Shown here: in pieces, positions 19,123-29,160 of the stretch
Layout: each line of letters opens with the position of its first letter
Numbering within the stretch: position 1 is the first letter of the stretch
Source of the DNA: Trueperaceae bacterium
GTDB taxonomy: Bacteria > Deinococcota > Deinococci > Deinococcales > Trueperaceae
Length of the DNA: 64,000 nucleotides
Direction: 5' to 3'
Assembly: GCA_035703635.1 (NCBI GenBank)
Contig: DASSXV010000069.1
Location: 24,889 to 88,888, forward strand
The notes under the pieces: model-generated
What the model was told of the DNA's origin: nothing
Database searches by the model: none
What the model saw: only the letters and a program-made list of their open reading frames with translations
Translations under genes and position numbers: made by a program

Positions 19123-20024
19123 ACGGCCGCCTCTGCTGACGCGCGCACCCAACTCTCCAACACCAGCGCCACGCCATCCTCTACGTTGCTCGCCGTCACC
19201 AGATCGGCCGCAGCCAGGGCCTCCGGTTCGGAGTTGCCCATCGCCACGCCAAGCCCGGCCCAGGCGAGCATGGCGCTGTCGTTATGTTGGTCACCGAACG
19301 CCGCCACCTCAGACGGTTCAACCTGCCACTCCTCGCACAGGTGCGCCAGCGCGGCGCCCTTGTTGACGAGCGGATGGTGCACCTCGAGCAGGAAAGGCAG
19401 GCTCCAGGTCGTGTAGAGCTCCAGGTCGTTCAGGGATTCCGCCAAGGCAGAGGGGTGAGCGTCGTCGTAGACGGCCAGTAGCTTGATGGGGCCGCCATCC
19501 ATGAACCCCTCCAGCGGCCCGATCGCCACGGGTGGGCCGCCGCGGAAGAGGTGAGCGGCGTTGCCTGGATCCCCGGCCGGTAACTCCGCGTCTAGGTACC
19601 AACCGCGTGAGGTCTCGAGTGCGAGGGTAGCGCCCGGCGCCGCCGCTCGCAGGCGCTCGACGGCGGCCTGCGCCACCCCAAGGTCGAGCGCCCGCAGGAG
19701 CTGGAAGCGCTGCGCGTGCCAGATGGCGGCGCCGTTGTAGGCCACGATCGTGCCGGTGGCCGCTATCTGCTCGGCCACCGGCAGCGCCGTGCGCAGCGGC
19801 CTGCCTGTCGCGACGACGACGTGCGCGCCGAGTGAGCGGACGGCGTCGATGGCCGCGCGCGTGCGAGCCGTCACGACTTTGTCAGGGCCCAGGAGGGTGC
19901 CGTCGATGTCTACCGCGATCACGCGCGGCAGCGTTGCGCCAGACGGCAGTATCGGCGGCTGACCGGTGAACGGTTCGGGCCGCGACGCTGCCGAGGCGTC
20001 TGGTGTGACCACCGGTCGGCTCAA
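19119..20024 (-). CDS. Cof-type HAD-IIB phosphatase
   Basis: Motifs DIDGT, ATGR, NKG, FGDQHND and AMGNS. Confidence 0.9.
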   Translation of the reverse strand: MSRPVVTPDASAASRPEPFTGQPPILPSGATLPRVIAVDIDGTLLGPDKVVTARTRAAIDAVRSLGAHVVVATGRPLRTALPVAEQIAATGTIVAYNGAAIWHAQRFQLLRALDLGVAQAAVERLRAAAPGATLALETSRGWYLDAELPAGDPGNAAHLFRGGPPVAIGPLEGFMDGGPIKLLAVYDDAHPSALAESLNDLELYTTWSLPFLLEVHHPLVNKGAALAHLCEEWQVEPSEVAAFGDQHNDSAMLAWAGLGVAMGNSEPEALAAADLVTASNVEDGVALVLESWVRASAEAAV

Positions 20025-22684
20025 CCTGCCGTCAGCGCGCCGCCGACCGCGGCAAGCGCCTGGCTAAGCAGCGCGGGGTCCTTGACTCCGGCTTGGGCCA
20101 TGTCTGGCCGCCCGCCGCCACTGCCGCCGACGCTGGCCGCCGCCGCCCTGACTACTTTGCCAGCGTTCGCGCCGCGCGCCTGCGCCGCGGGCGAGACCTT
20201 GGCCACGAGCGCGCCGCCAGAACCGACGACGACCAGGTCGGCGCCGCTCTTGGAGAGCAGGGTGTCTGCGGCGTTGCGGAGCGCGTTGACGTCGAGACCG
20301 TCGAGCAAGGCGGTCAAGTACTTGAAGCCGCCGGCCTCGAGCACCTCGTTGCCCCCGCCCGCACTCGTCTGGGCGGCCGCCAAGCGGTCGCGCAAGCGCG
20401 AGGCCTCCTTCAGCGCCTCCTTGTGATCGGCTTGCAGCTTGGTGAGCCTCTCCTCCAACTGTTCCGGCCTGCCGCCAAGGTGAGCGGCGAGCCGCAACTG
20501 CGTCTGGCGCAGGTCCGCTACGTAGCGCATGGCGGAGCCCCCGACGCGCGCCTCGATGCGGCGCACGCCAGCCGAGACGGCCTCCTCGCTGATGATGACG
20601 AAGGCGCCAATCTGACCGGTGCGGTCGACGTGCGTGCCGCCGCACAACTCCGTCGAGACGCCGCCCATGCTGACCATGCGCACGTTCTCGCCGTACTTCT
20701 CGCCGAACAGCATCATGGCGCCTGCACCGCGTGCCTCCGCGATCGGCACGACCCGCCAATCGACGGGTAGGTCAGATTGCACCCAGCGGTTGACCAGCGT
20801 CTCGATCTCGAGCTGCTGTTCCGCTGTCACGGCGTGCGGGTGCGAGAAGTCGAAGCGCAAGCGATCGGGCGCCACCAGCGAGCCCGCCTGGGCGACGTGC
20901 GTGCCTAGCACCGCGCGCAAGGCGGCGTGCAGTAGGTGCGTGGCAGAGTGATGCTTCTCCGTCTCGCGCCGCGCGGGATCGACCGTGGCGGTGACGGCCT
21001 GGTTGGCGTTCAGCGTGCCTCGCGCTACTCGCACGCGCTGCAGCGTCAGGCCCTGCCGCGACTTGCTCGTGGCGGACACGATGGCCTTACCGCCGGGCCA
21101 GACGAGCACGCCCGTGTCGCCCACTTGGCCACCGCCCTCAGGATAGAAGGGGGTGCGGTCGAGTACGACGGTGCCGACCTCGCCCTCAGTGAAGGACTCG
21201 AGCTCGCGCGCGTCATCGCCTTGCGTAACGAGCGCAACAACCCGCGCTTCCGCCTGCTCGGCGGTGTAACCAAGGAAGACCGTCTCGCCAGCGCGCTCCG
21301 CGACCTTACCGAGCGCGTCGCTCGTGGCCGTGAACAGTGCCTTGCCGCCTGCCGTGCCGCGCGAGAGGTCGCGCGCGTGCTCGCGGGCGGCTTCGTAGCC
21401 TTCGGCGTCGACCGCCACGCCGCGCTCGGCGGCCATCTCGCTCGTGAGGTCGAGTGGGAAGCCGTACGTTTGCCATAGGTCGAAGGCGACTGCGCCGGGA
21501 AGCAGCGGCCCGGCCAGTTCGTCTAGGAGGGCGCCAACGCGCTGGATGCCAGCCTCGAGCGTGCGAAGGAACTGCTCCTCCTCTGCGTGAATGATGCCCT
21601 TCACGCGCTCCGCTCCGTCCTTGACCTCCGGGTAGGCGGCGCCCATCGACTCGACGACCTGATCGACGAGCGTGTACAGGACGGGCTCGCGGAGACCTAG
21701 GAGCCACGCGTGGCGCGAGGCGCGGCGCGTGAGCATCTTCACGACGTAGCCGGCGCCGTCGTTGGCCGGCATGACGCCGTCCGTGATGGCGAAGGTCACG
21801 GCGCGCACGTGATCCGCGATGACCCTATGCGACACGGAGTTCGGGCCGGCGTAAGGCGAGCCGGAGAGCGCAGCTACGCGCCTGATGGTCGGCTGGAAGA
21901 GCTCGGTCGCGTAAGCGTCCTCCTTGCCCGTTAGCACGGCCACGAGACGCTCGAAGCCAAGGCCCGTGTCGATGTTCTGCTGCGGCAGCGGCTCCAGGTG
22001 GCCGCCGTCTTGGCGGTCGAACTGCGTGAACACGAGGTTCCAGAACTCGATGTAGCGGTCGCCCGAACCCGTGTTCGGTCCCACTTCCGTGTCCGTGCCG
22101 AAGCTCGGCCCGCGGTCGTAGAAGATCTCGGAGCACGGCCCGCAAGGCCCGTTCGGGCCTTTGCTGACGGCGTTCGCCGGCCAGAAGTTCTCGTCCTCAC
22201 CCCAGCGGCTGATGCGCGCCTCAGGCACACCGACCTGGTCGCGCCAGATGGCGTAGGCGTCGTCGTCATCGTCGTAAACGGTGACGTACAAGCGCTCCTT
22301 GTCGAGCCCCATGTACTCCTGCGAGGTGGCGAACTCCCACGCCCACGCCGCCGCCTCAGGCTTGAAGTAGTCGCCAAAGGAGAAGTTGCCGAGCATCTCG
22401 AAGAACGAGTGGTGCCGCAACGTGCGCCCGACGTTCTCGATGTCGTTGATCCGCAGGCACTTCTGGGCCGTGGTGACGCGGTGCCAAGTGCCATCGTGAC
22501 CAGCGAACTTGGGAGTAGCGCCGAGGAAGTACGGCTTGAACTGCACCATGCCAGCGCTGTTGAACATCAGCGTCGGGTCGTCGCTCTTGAGCGGCGCCGA
22601 GCCGAGTATCAGGTGTCCGCGAGACTGGAAGAAGCGCAAGTACCTCTCGCGCAAGTCGTTGATCTGTTCGATGCCGTCTACCAC
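20021..22684 (-). CDS. alaS: Alanine--tRNA ligase
   Basis: Motifs LMFNSAGMVQFKP, FFEMLGNFSFGDYFK, HSATHLLH, ELCGGTH and GGGRPDMAQAG. Confidence 0.98.
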   Translation of the reverse strand: MVDGIEQINDLRERYLRFFQSRGHLILGSAPLKSDDPTLMFNSAGMVQFKPYFLGATPKFAGHDGTWHRVTTAQKCLRINDIENVGRTLRHHSFFEMLGNFSFGDYFKPEAAAWAWEFATSQEYMGLDKERLYVTVYDDDDDAYAIWRDQVGVPEARISRWGEDENFWPANAVSKGPNGPCGPCSEIFYDRGPSFGTDTEVGPNTGSGDRYIEFWNLVFTQFDRQDGGHLEPLPQQNIDTGLGFERLVAVLTGKEDAYATELFQPTIRRVAALSGSPYAGPNSVSHRVIADHVRAVTFAITDGVMPANDGAGYVVKMLTRRASRHAWLLGLREPVLYTLVDQVVESMGAAYPEVKDGAERVKGIIHAEEEQFLRTLEAGIQRVGALLDELAGPLLPGAVAFDLWQTYGFPLDLTSEMAAERGVAVDAEGYEAAREHARDLSRGTAGGKALFTATSDALGKVAERAGETVFLGYTAEQAEARVVALVTQGDDARELESFTEGEVGTVVLDRTPFYPEGGGQVGDTGVLVWPGGKAIVSATSKSRQGLTLQRVRVARGTLNANQAVTATVDPARRETEKHHSATHLLHAALRAVLGTHVAQAGSLVAPDRLRFDFSHPHAVTAEQQLEIETLVNRWVQSDLPVDWRVVPIAEARGAGAMMLFGEKYGENVRMVSMGGVSTELCGGTHVDRTGQIGAFVIISEEAVSAGVRRIEARVGGSAMRYVADLRQTQLRLAAHLGGRPEQLEERLTKLQADHKEALKEASRLRDRLAAAQTSAGGGNEVLEAGGFKYLTALLDGLDVNALRNAADTLLSKSGADLVVVGSGGALVAKVSPAAQARGANAGKVVRAAAASVGGSGGGRPDMAQAGVKDPALLSQALAAVGGALTAG

Positions 22685-22802
22685 GTGGTGCCTCCGAGCG
22701 TACCGGAGGGTAAGTATACCGACTGCTCACGAGCGCGGCCTTGGTGCCGAGACGCCTGGTGGCTGAGCGGCGCCCTGAACGGCGCGGTACTCTGCGCGCT
22801 AC

Positions 22803-23936
22803 ATGCGCACCCCGAGACTAGCTCCCCGCTACGCCGTGCTCTGGTTCAGCTTCGCGAGCTTCGCACTGATCGGCGCCCTGCAGGCGCTCTACGGCCCGTC
22901 GTTCCCCATGCTGAGGGAGCGTTTCTCCATCGGGGTCGAGCAGGTGAGCATCGTCGTAAGCGCGCAGTTCATCGGGTCGTTCCTCGGCATCATCGCCTCT
23001 GGGCTCCTCCTGCGCGCACTGGGCTACAGGCGCGCCCTTGTCATCGCCGCCGCCAGCTTCGTGGCAGGCGTGGCTGCGATCGGTCTCGCTCCGACTTGGG
23101 GCATGGTGCTTGCTGGCGCCGTGCTCGCCGGGGCCGGCGCTGGGCTGCTGAACGTGTCCTGTAACCTCATGGTGGCCGTCAGCTTCCGCCCGAAGGCAGC
23201 CCCCGCCCTCAACCTCATCAACGCCGTGTTCGGCGTCGGCGCCGTGATCGGCCCACTCCTCGTGACGGCGTTGGAGCCGCGCTTCGCGCTGCCGTTCCTC
23301 ATCCTCGGCGCAGGGGGGCTCATCCTCCTGCCCTGGACCCTACGCTTGCCGGTGCCTGAGGTGGCGCTCCGTGACCGCGGCGCCGCGCCCCTCGCGCTCG
23401 TCAACCTGGGCGCTTTCGTGCTCCTCTACATCTTCTACGTCTCCGTCGAAGTGGGGGTAACGTCGTGGGAGACGGAGTACCTCAACCCGTACTTCGGCGC
23501 CAGCGCCGCTGCTTACACGTCGCTCTACTGGCTGGCCATCACGGTGGGGCGGGTCCTGGCAGCGCCGCTCTCGGCACGGCTCCGGTCTCACCAGTTCGTC
23601 CTCTACGCCAGCGCCGCCACGCTCCTCTTCATGGTGGCTGCGCACCGCGTCGAGTCTGCGCCGGTGGCGTTCCTCCTCGTCGGGCTTAGCCTCTCACCCA
23701 TCTTCCCGACAGCCCTCGCTTGGCTAACCGAGGTCTTCCCGGAGCGCTCGGAGCAGGTGACACCCATCGTGGTGGCTGGCGCCAACCTCGGCCCAGCGCT
23801 GACCGCGCCGCTCATCGGCCGCATAGTTCAGGTAGAGGGGGCGGCCGTCATCCCTACCGCGCTGTCTGGTTTGGCTCTGGCGTTACTCGTGGTAGTGGCC
23901 TTGCTGTGGTCGCGGACCCGAAGTCGAGCCGTATGA
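22803..23936 (+). CDS. MFS transporter
   Basis: About 12 hydrophobic segments, with LNLINAVFGVGAVIGP and YVSVEVG (FucP/TsgA-like). Confidence 0.85.
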   Translation: MRTPRLAPRYAVLWFSFASFALIGALQALYGPSFPMLRERFSIGVEQVSIVVSAQFIGSFLGIIASGLLLRALGYRRALVIAAASFVAGVAAIGLAPTWGMVLAGAVLAGAGAGLLNVSCNLMVAVSFRPKAAPALNLINAVFGVGAVIGPLLVTALEPRFALPFLILGAGGLILLPWTLRLPVPEVALRDRGAAPLALVNLGAFVLLYIFYVSVEVGVTSWETEYLNPYFGASAAAYTSLYWLAITVGRVLAAPLSARLRSHQFVLYASAATLLFMVAAHRVESAPVAFLLVGLSLSPIFPTALAWLTEVFPERSEQVTPIVVAGANLGPALTAPLIGRIVQVEGAAVIPTALSGLALALLVVVALLWSRTRSRAV

Positions 23937-25125
23937 GCGAGAACGCGACGACCAGTACGGGGCCGATGCTCGTGATGGCTGTCGCGTAAAGCACCCACGG
24001 TCCGGCCAACGCGCTGGGCCACACGGGCGTGAGGGTTACGAGGGCGCCGAGCATCATGGCTACGGCAGCCACGAACGCCCAAGCACCTCGGAACGTGCCG
24101 GCGCCCAGGGTCACGCGCATGGCGTAGATGAGCCCAAGGCTGACGGCGCCGAGCAGGAAGGCGTGGAGGAAGAACACGTGCAGCGGCACGGCGAACAGCC
24201 ACTCCCGCGCGGCTGGCACCGCGCCGGAGAACTCGACGACGCCCTTGATGGCGATGAGCGCCAGTGCCAGCTGCCGCAGCCACAGGGTCGCGCCGCTTAG
24301 CTGAGCTGGCCGCGGCTCAGCCGGCGGCCACACGGCGTGCACGAGCACGAGCCAGACGAGGGCTGCCACCGTGCTGGCGCTGGCGTCCGCGCCACCCGCC
24401 CAGGCCCAGCCGAGCCCGGCCACTGCGAAACGCGCCGCGCTGCGCACTGCGATCGCTGCAACCAACGCCCACACGAGCAACCCGATGGGGCGGCGCGCAA
24501 GGCGCCTTTGCGCTCCATGCCAGGCGGCGAGCCCTACTATGGCGAGTCCGAACCAGCCGTCAGCGAAGGCGGTAAGGAACCAGTCAACGAGCGCGAGCAT
24601 CAGCGGGCGCTGCACTTGCCCCGTGGCGCCTAGCATCGCCAGCCCGCCGATGGCGACGGTAGCCACGACGAGCAGGGCGACGGCACCGTCGAACAGCCGC
24701 AGGACGGGCCAGCGCTTCACGCGCCAAGTCGCCGCGACGTACAAGGCGACGAACAAGTACCAAGCGATGCCGTTGGCCCCAGACGCGAACATCGAGATGG
24801 GCAGCGGCTTGCCGCCACCCAAGCTCAACATGTGGTAGCCGGTCTTGAGGAACGGTAGATAGGTTAGGAGCCCACCGAAGACGGCCAGGGCAGCGGCGAG
24901 TCCGAACCCCTTCGTCCGCAGCCCGCGGCCACTCAGATGCGCCCCAACCAGCAGCATCAGCGGCGGCGTGATCCACGAGAAGAACATCAGGTGCGAGTGC
25001 GCGTGTCTGATGTATTCCAGCACGCCCGGTAGGCGGTAGATCAGGGAGAAGCGGTAGTACGTGCCGGTGCTGGCGGCTAGTACGAAACTAGCCATGCTCA
25101 CGCCCCACACCCAACGGGCCCGCAC
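23854..25125 (-). CDS. Polytopic membrane protein with HAHSH motif, possibly heme/metal binding
   Basis: About 12 TMs, with IRHAHSHLMFFSW and FFLHAFLLG. Confidence 0.65.
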   Translation of the reverse strand: MRARWVWGVSMASFVLAASTGTYYRFSLIYRLPGVLEYIRHAHSHLMFFSWITPPLMLLVGAHLSGRGLRTKGFGLAAALAVFGGLLTYLPFLKTGYHMLSLGGGKPLPISMFASGANGIAWYLFVALYVAATWRVKRWPVLRLFDGAVALLVVATVAIGGLAMLGATGQVQRPLMLALVDWFLTAFADGWFGLAIVGLAAWHGAQRRLARRPIGLLVWALVAAIAVRSAARFAVAGLGWAWAGGADASASTVAALVWLVLVHAVWPPAEPRPAQLSGATLWLRQLALALIAIKGVVEFSGAVPAAREWLFAVPLHVFFLHAFLLGAVSLGLIYAMRVTLGAGTFRGAWAFVAAVAMMLGALVTLTPVWPSALAGPWVLYATAITSIGPVLVVAFSLIRLDFGSATTARPLPRVTPEPNQTAR

Positions 25126-25127
25126 GA

Positions 25128-25565
25128 TTACTGCTCTGGCATCTTGAGGAGGCGCCTTAGCTCGGCGAGGAACTCCGCCTCTCCGGCGCTAACACGCGGG
25201 CGGAACAGGCCGCCAGATGCGTGAGACACGTGCCGCGCCAAGTCGTAGAGGAAGACCTTGAACTCGTCGCCCTCGGCGTCGTCCTTGACGAGTTCGCCGA
25301 CCTCGGCAAGGCGCTTGAGGAGGCGTTCACGTGTAAGTGGCTCCTCGCTAGCGGTGTAGTCAGGCGCTTCCGTGCGTTGGAACACGGCGCTCACGAGGCC
25401 GTTGTGCGCGTACTTGCGCTGCGCGTCGTAGAGGTAGCGGCCAGCGGCGAGGATCTCGCGGTAGTAGGCCACGACGCCAGTCCTGTCCGACGCGACGGTG
25501 GCTAACAGGACCTCGGCGGCTGCGTCGAGGAGGCTGTCCCGGGTGGCTTCGGGGTAATCGCTCAT
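25128..25565 (-). CDS. Hypothetical helical protein (possibly TerB-like)
   Basis: GC-biased codon usage and C-terminal ASGGLF..VSAGEAEFLAEL. CATGAT -10-like box upstream. Confidence 0.6.
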   Translation of the reverse strand: MSDYPEATRDSLLDAAAEVLLATVASDRTGVVAYYREILAAGRYLYDAQRKYAHNGLVSAVFQRTEAPDYTASEEPLTRERLLKRLAEVGELVKDDAEGDEFKVFLYDLARHVSHASGGLFRPRVSAGEAEFLAELRRLLKMPEQ

Positions 25566-25631
25566 CACGCCGATCATGCCACGCGCTGGGGCCCCCGATC
25601 GTCCCAGCGCGAGCATGGCGGGAGTCGGCGC

Positions 25632-26453
25632 TCAGACCAGGCGGCGCCTGATGTTCGAACTGATGGCGTCGACGACGATGATGAACACCACGATGACGAT
25701 GATGAACATCGAGACTTCAGCCCAGCGCCTGAACTGCAGTCGCTGAATGAGGGGCAGACCGATGCCGCCCGCGCCGACCATGCCGAGCACCGCGGCGGAC
25801 CGCAAGTTGATCTCGAAGCGGTAAAGCACGTTGGACGCGAACTCTGGGAGCACCTGGGGCACGACCGCGAAGAGGAACGTGTGGAGCTGGTTCCCGCCTG
25901 CGGCCCTGATGGCCTCCATCGGGCCTTGATCGATGCCCTCGATGACGTCGGAGAACACCTTGCCGAGGTAACCGATCGAGTGGATGCCCATCGCCATGAT
26001 GCCCGCCGTTGGCCCTGGGCCCGCCGCGGCAACGAAGATCACGGCCAGCACGATCTCAGGGAACGTGCGCACGGCCACCAGCACGGCCTTGCCAGGCAGC
26101 GCCCAGCGCGTGCCGCCCAAGAGGTTGCCGGCTGCAAGGAACGACATGGGGAACGCGAGAACGGCGCCGAGGATGGTGCCGAGGATGGCCATGAAGAACG
26201 TGGTGACCATCGAGTTCCACGCGAGTTCGAAGACGCTCGTCTCCGGCCGCACCAGGCCGCGAAGCAGCGGCATGGCGTTGCGCTGCAGGCCGCTAAGGAC
26301 TCGCGACCAGGTCGGCAAGTTCATCGTCACCAACGCGAGGACGAAGAGTGCGACGAGGAGGGCAGCGCCGATGATCAAGAGGCTGCGGTTGCGGCGCACG
26401 CTCGCGGGCGCGCGCGGGATGTCTGTCGGGGGAGTCTGTAAGGTCTTGACCAT
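25632..26453 (-). CDS. phnE: Phosphonate/phosphate ABC permease
   Basis: Motifs RTFPEIV, GPMEAIRAAG and YRFEINLRSAAVLGMVGAGGIG. Confidence 0.92.
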   Translation of the reverse strand: MVKTLQTPPTDIPRAPASVRRNRSLLIIGAALLVALFVLALVTMNLPTWSRVLSGLQRNAMPLLRGLVRPETSVFELAWNSMVTTFFMAILGTILGAVLAFPMSFLAAGNLLGGTRWALPGKAVLVAVRTFPEIVLAVIFVAAAGPGPTAGIMAMGIHSIGYLGKVFSDVIEGIDQGPMEAIRAAGGNQLHTFLFAVVPQVLPEFASNVLYRFEINLRSAAVLGMVGAGGIGLPLIQRLQFRRWAEVSMFIIVIVVFIIVVDAISSNIRRRLV

Positions 26454-26457
26454 GTTG

Positions 26458-27243
26458 CTAGATGAGCCGCGAGCGGGCCCAGACGCTGAACCCGTCGATG
26501 AGGAGGACGACAAGGAAGATCACGACGATGAGGGCGCCTAGGCCGGTGTAGTCGAAGAAGTTCAGGTAACGCTGCAGCAGTACGCCGATGCCTCCGGCGC
26601 CGACGAAGCCGATGACCACGCTGGCGCGCACGTTGATCTCGAAAACGTAGAGGATGAAGGAGACCATGGTGGCAGCTACCTGCGGGACGACGGCGAAGAC
26701 GATGGTGCGGTTACGTCCCGCCCCGACCGCCCGCAACGCCTCGAGCGGGCCGGGATCGATCGACTCGACCGTCTCCGACCCGAGCTTGGCGAGCACGCCG
26801 ATGGAGAAGAGCGTAAGGGCCACCACGCCTGGCAGCGCCCCGAGTCCGAGTACGGCCACGAACAGCGCCGCCCACAACAGGTCCGGAATGCTGCGCAGGA
26901 CGGTCAACAGGGTGCGCGCCACCCACATGCTGATGGGGTCGATCGCCGTGTTGGCTGAAGCGAGGAAGATGAGCGGGATGGCGATGAGGCTGCCAACGAC
27001 GGTGGCTACGTAAGCGATCTGGATGGTCTGCAGTAGCGGCGACCAGATCTGAGGCAGCGCGGTGAAGTCTGGCGCCATGCGCCCGAAGAAGCGGAAGAAG
27101 TCGGCCGCCCCCGTGAAGAGCGCGGGCAAGTTGAACTTCGTCGCCCTGAAGGCGAACAAGACGAGCACGGCAAAGACCGCCAGCGTGCCCCAGCTCTTGA
27201 GGCGCCTGGCAGCCTGCGGGCGCACGCTGTCTTGGCTAGACAC
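26458..27243 (-). CDS. phnE: Phosphonate/phosphate ABC permease
   Basis: Motifs RSIPDLLWA, GPLEALRAVGA and FEINVRASVVIGFVGAGGIG. Confidence 0.92.
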   Translation of the reverse strand: MSSQDSVRPQAARRLKSWGTLAVFAVLVLFAFRATKFNLPALFTGAADFFRFFGRMAPDFTALPQIWSPLLQTIQIAYVATVVGSLIAIPLIFLASANTAIDPISMWVARTLLTVLRSIPDLLWAALFVAVLGLGALPGVVALTLFSIGVLAKLGSETVESIDPGPLEALRAVGAGRNRTIVFAVVPQVAATMVSFILYVFEINVRASVVIGFVGAGGIGVLLQRYLNFFDYTGLGALIVVIFLVVLLIDGFSVWARSRLI

Positions 27244-28006
27244 CCCGGAGGTCCTTGTCGTCGATGGGGCGACCGTAGATGTCCTCGAAGGCGGCGTCCG
27301 TCGCCTCGTCAGGCGTGCCGTCGAACACGACGAGGCCGTCGCGCATGCCGATGATGCGGTCTGCGTAGTCGCGGGCCATGTCGATGAAGTGCAGGTTCAC
27401 CAGTGTCGTTATGCCGTCCTCCCTAGCGATGCGCTTGAGGTCAGACATGACGGCGTGCGAGGTGGGCGGGTCGAGGCTGGCGACGGGCTCGTCGGCGAGC
27501 ATGACGGTCGGTCGTTGCGCCAGGGCGCGGGCGATGCCAACACGCTGCTGCTGGCCGCCAGAGAGCGCGTCTGCCCTCACGTAGGCCTTCTCCGGGATCC
27601 CAACGCGCCGCAGGCAGTCGTGCGCGTAGGCGAGGTCCTCGCGTGGAAACGCGCCCAGCACGCCACGCCACGCTGGTAGGTCGCCGAGGCGACCAGCTAG
27701 CACGTTGCGGATGACGCTAGAGCGCTTCACCAGGTTGAAGGTCTGGAAGATCATGCCGATGTCTGAGCGCGCACGCCTAAGCGCCTGGCCGCGCGCGGCC
27801 GTGACGTTGGTGCCAGCCACGGTCACGTGGCCGGTCGACGGCGCGACCAGGTTGTTGACGGTGCGGATGAGGGTAGATTTACCCGCGCCCGACAAGCCGA
27901 CGACAACGACGAACTGACCCTGAGGGACTTGCAGACTCACGCCCTTGAGGGCCTTGAGTCCAGTCTTGTAGATGACTTCGACGTTTTCGAACTCGATATG
28001 TGCCAC
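27236..28006 (-). CDS. phnC: Phosphonate ABC ATP-binding protein
   Basis: Motifs GLSGAGKST, LSGGQQQRVGIARAL, ADEPVASLDP and NLH. Confidence 0.93.
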   Translation of the reverse strand: MAHIEFENVEVIYKTGLKALKGVSLQVPQGQFVVVVGLSGAGKSTLIRTVNNLVAPSTGHVTVAGTNVTAARGQALRRARSDIGMIFQTFNLVKRSSVIRNVLAGRLGDLPAWRGVLGAFPREDLAYAHDCLRRVGIPEKAYVRADALSGGQQQRVGIARALAQRPTVMLADEPVASLDPPTSHAVMSDLKRIAREDGITTLVNLHFIDMARDYADRIIGMRDGLVVFDGTPDEATDAAFEDIYGRPIDDKDLRGV

Positions 28007-28028
28007 GACGGGACAACGCTACACGGAA

Positions 28029-28060
28029 ACGGGCGACCAGGGATAGACCCGGCCGCCCGC
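28029..28060 (-). terminator. Stem-loop between phnD and phnC (partial terminator or mRNA stabiliser)
   Basis: Minus strand reads GCGGGCGGCCGGG-TCTAT-CCCTGGTCGCCCGT followed by TTCC. Confidence 0.45.
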
Positions 28061-28093
28061 AATCTGTGAACTAGGCGCCAGAGCGCCCGAGAA

Positions 28094-28975
28094 CTACCGC
28101 TGGAAGGTCTTGGAGACCTCGCGAACGATGTCGTACGCGGACGCGTCAACGCGAGCGAAGTCGGTCACGTTGAAGAGCGTCTTGGTGAGTTCCTTGCCTT
28201 CCGGCGTGCTGGCGATGTCGATGAGCGCGTCTGCGATCTGGTCGACGAGTTGCGGGTCGAGACCCTTGCGCACGACGGCGCCGTCGTTCGGGATGTAATC
28301 GGAGTAACCGAGGATGCACACGACGTCCTTGACGTCTGGGTACTCGGCCTCGATGGTCTCGCGGCCGTCAGAGCCTGGGCTGCCACCGAAGGTGACGGAA
28401 ACGTCGACGTCACCGTTGTAGACGGCGAGGGCGGACGCGTCGTGCGAGCCGGCGAAGATGGAGGTCATCTCCGTGTCAGGGTCGATGCCGTACGTGTTCT
28501 TGAGGGTGACGTACGGGAACTGGTAACCGGAAGCGGAGCCCGGATCGACGAAGGCGATGGTCTTGCCGCGGAGCTGCTCGAAGGTCGTGATGCCGCTGTC
28601 GCAACGCACGTTGAACTGCGCGCGGTACGCGGTGGCGCCTTGACGCACGGAGGCCAGGATGACCTGGGCGCCGTAGTTGTCGACGGCCTGAACGAGTGCG
28701 GCTGGCCCGAAGAGCCCGATGTCGACGCGACCGGTGCCGACGGCTTCTACGAGGCCGACGAAGTTGGTCGAAACGAAGGTCTCGACGGGGATGAGGAGGC
28801 GCTCGGAGAGCATGGCGGCGATCGGGTCAAGGCTATCGACGATGGTGTCGGCCTCGCGGCTAGGCACCATGCCCAAGATGAGCTTGGCAGGTACGTCGCC
28901 TTGTGCGCTGGCGGTGCCCATGAAGAGCGTGGCGCCTAGCACGACGGCAATAAGGGTTGAGAACAGTCGCTTCAA
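28094..28975 (-). CDS. phnD: Phosphate/phosphite/phosphonate ABC substrate-binding protein
   Basis: Signal peptide, FVDPGSASGY, GSHDAS and IPND. TTG start after a GGAGG SD. Confidence 0.9.
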   Translation of the reverse strand: MKRLFSTLIAVVLGATLFMGTASAQGDVPAKLILGMVPSREADTIVDSLDPIAAMLSERLLIPVETFVSTNFVGLVEAVGTGRVDIGLFGPAALVQAVDNYGAQVILASVRQGATAYRAQFNVRCDSGITTFEQLRGKTIAFVDPGSASGYQFPYVTLKNTYGIDPDTEMTSIFAGSHDASALAVYNGDVDVSVTFGGSPGSDGRETIEAEYPDVKDVVCILGYSDYIPNDGAVVRKGLDPQLVDQIADALIDIASTPEGKELTKTLFNVTDFARVDASAYDIVREVSKTFQR

Positions 28976-29160
28976 GTGGTTTCCTCCGACGTTCGTAATC
29001 GAGGCGTAACGCGGTGAGCGGACCGCCCGCTTCGCCGTGTTCGTGCCTGCGCGGGAGCAAGAGTAGCACGGGCGCGCGCGCCGTTACATCACTCTTTGTT
29101 AAGAGTCTCACACAGCCTGATGGTTGCGGCCAGCACGCCGTTAAGTGAGCCTGATGCTGG

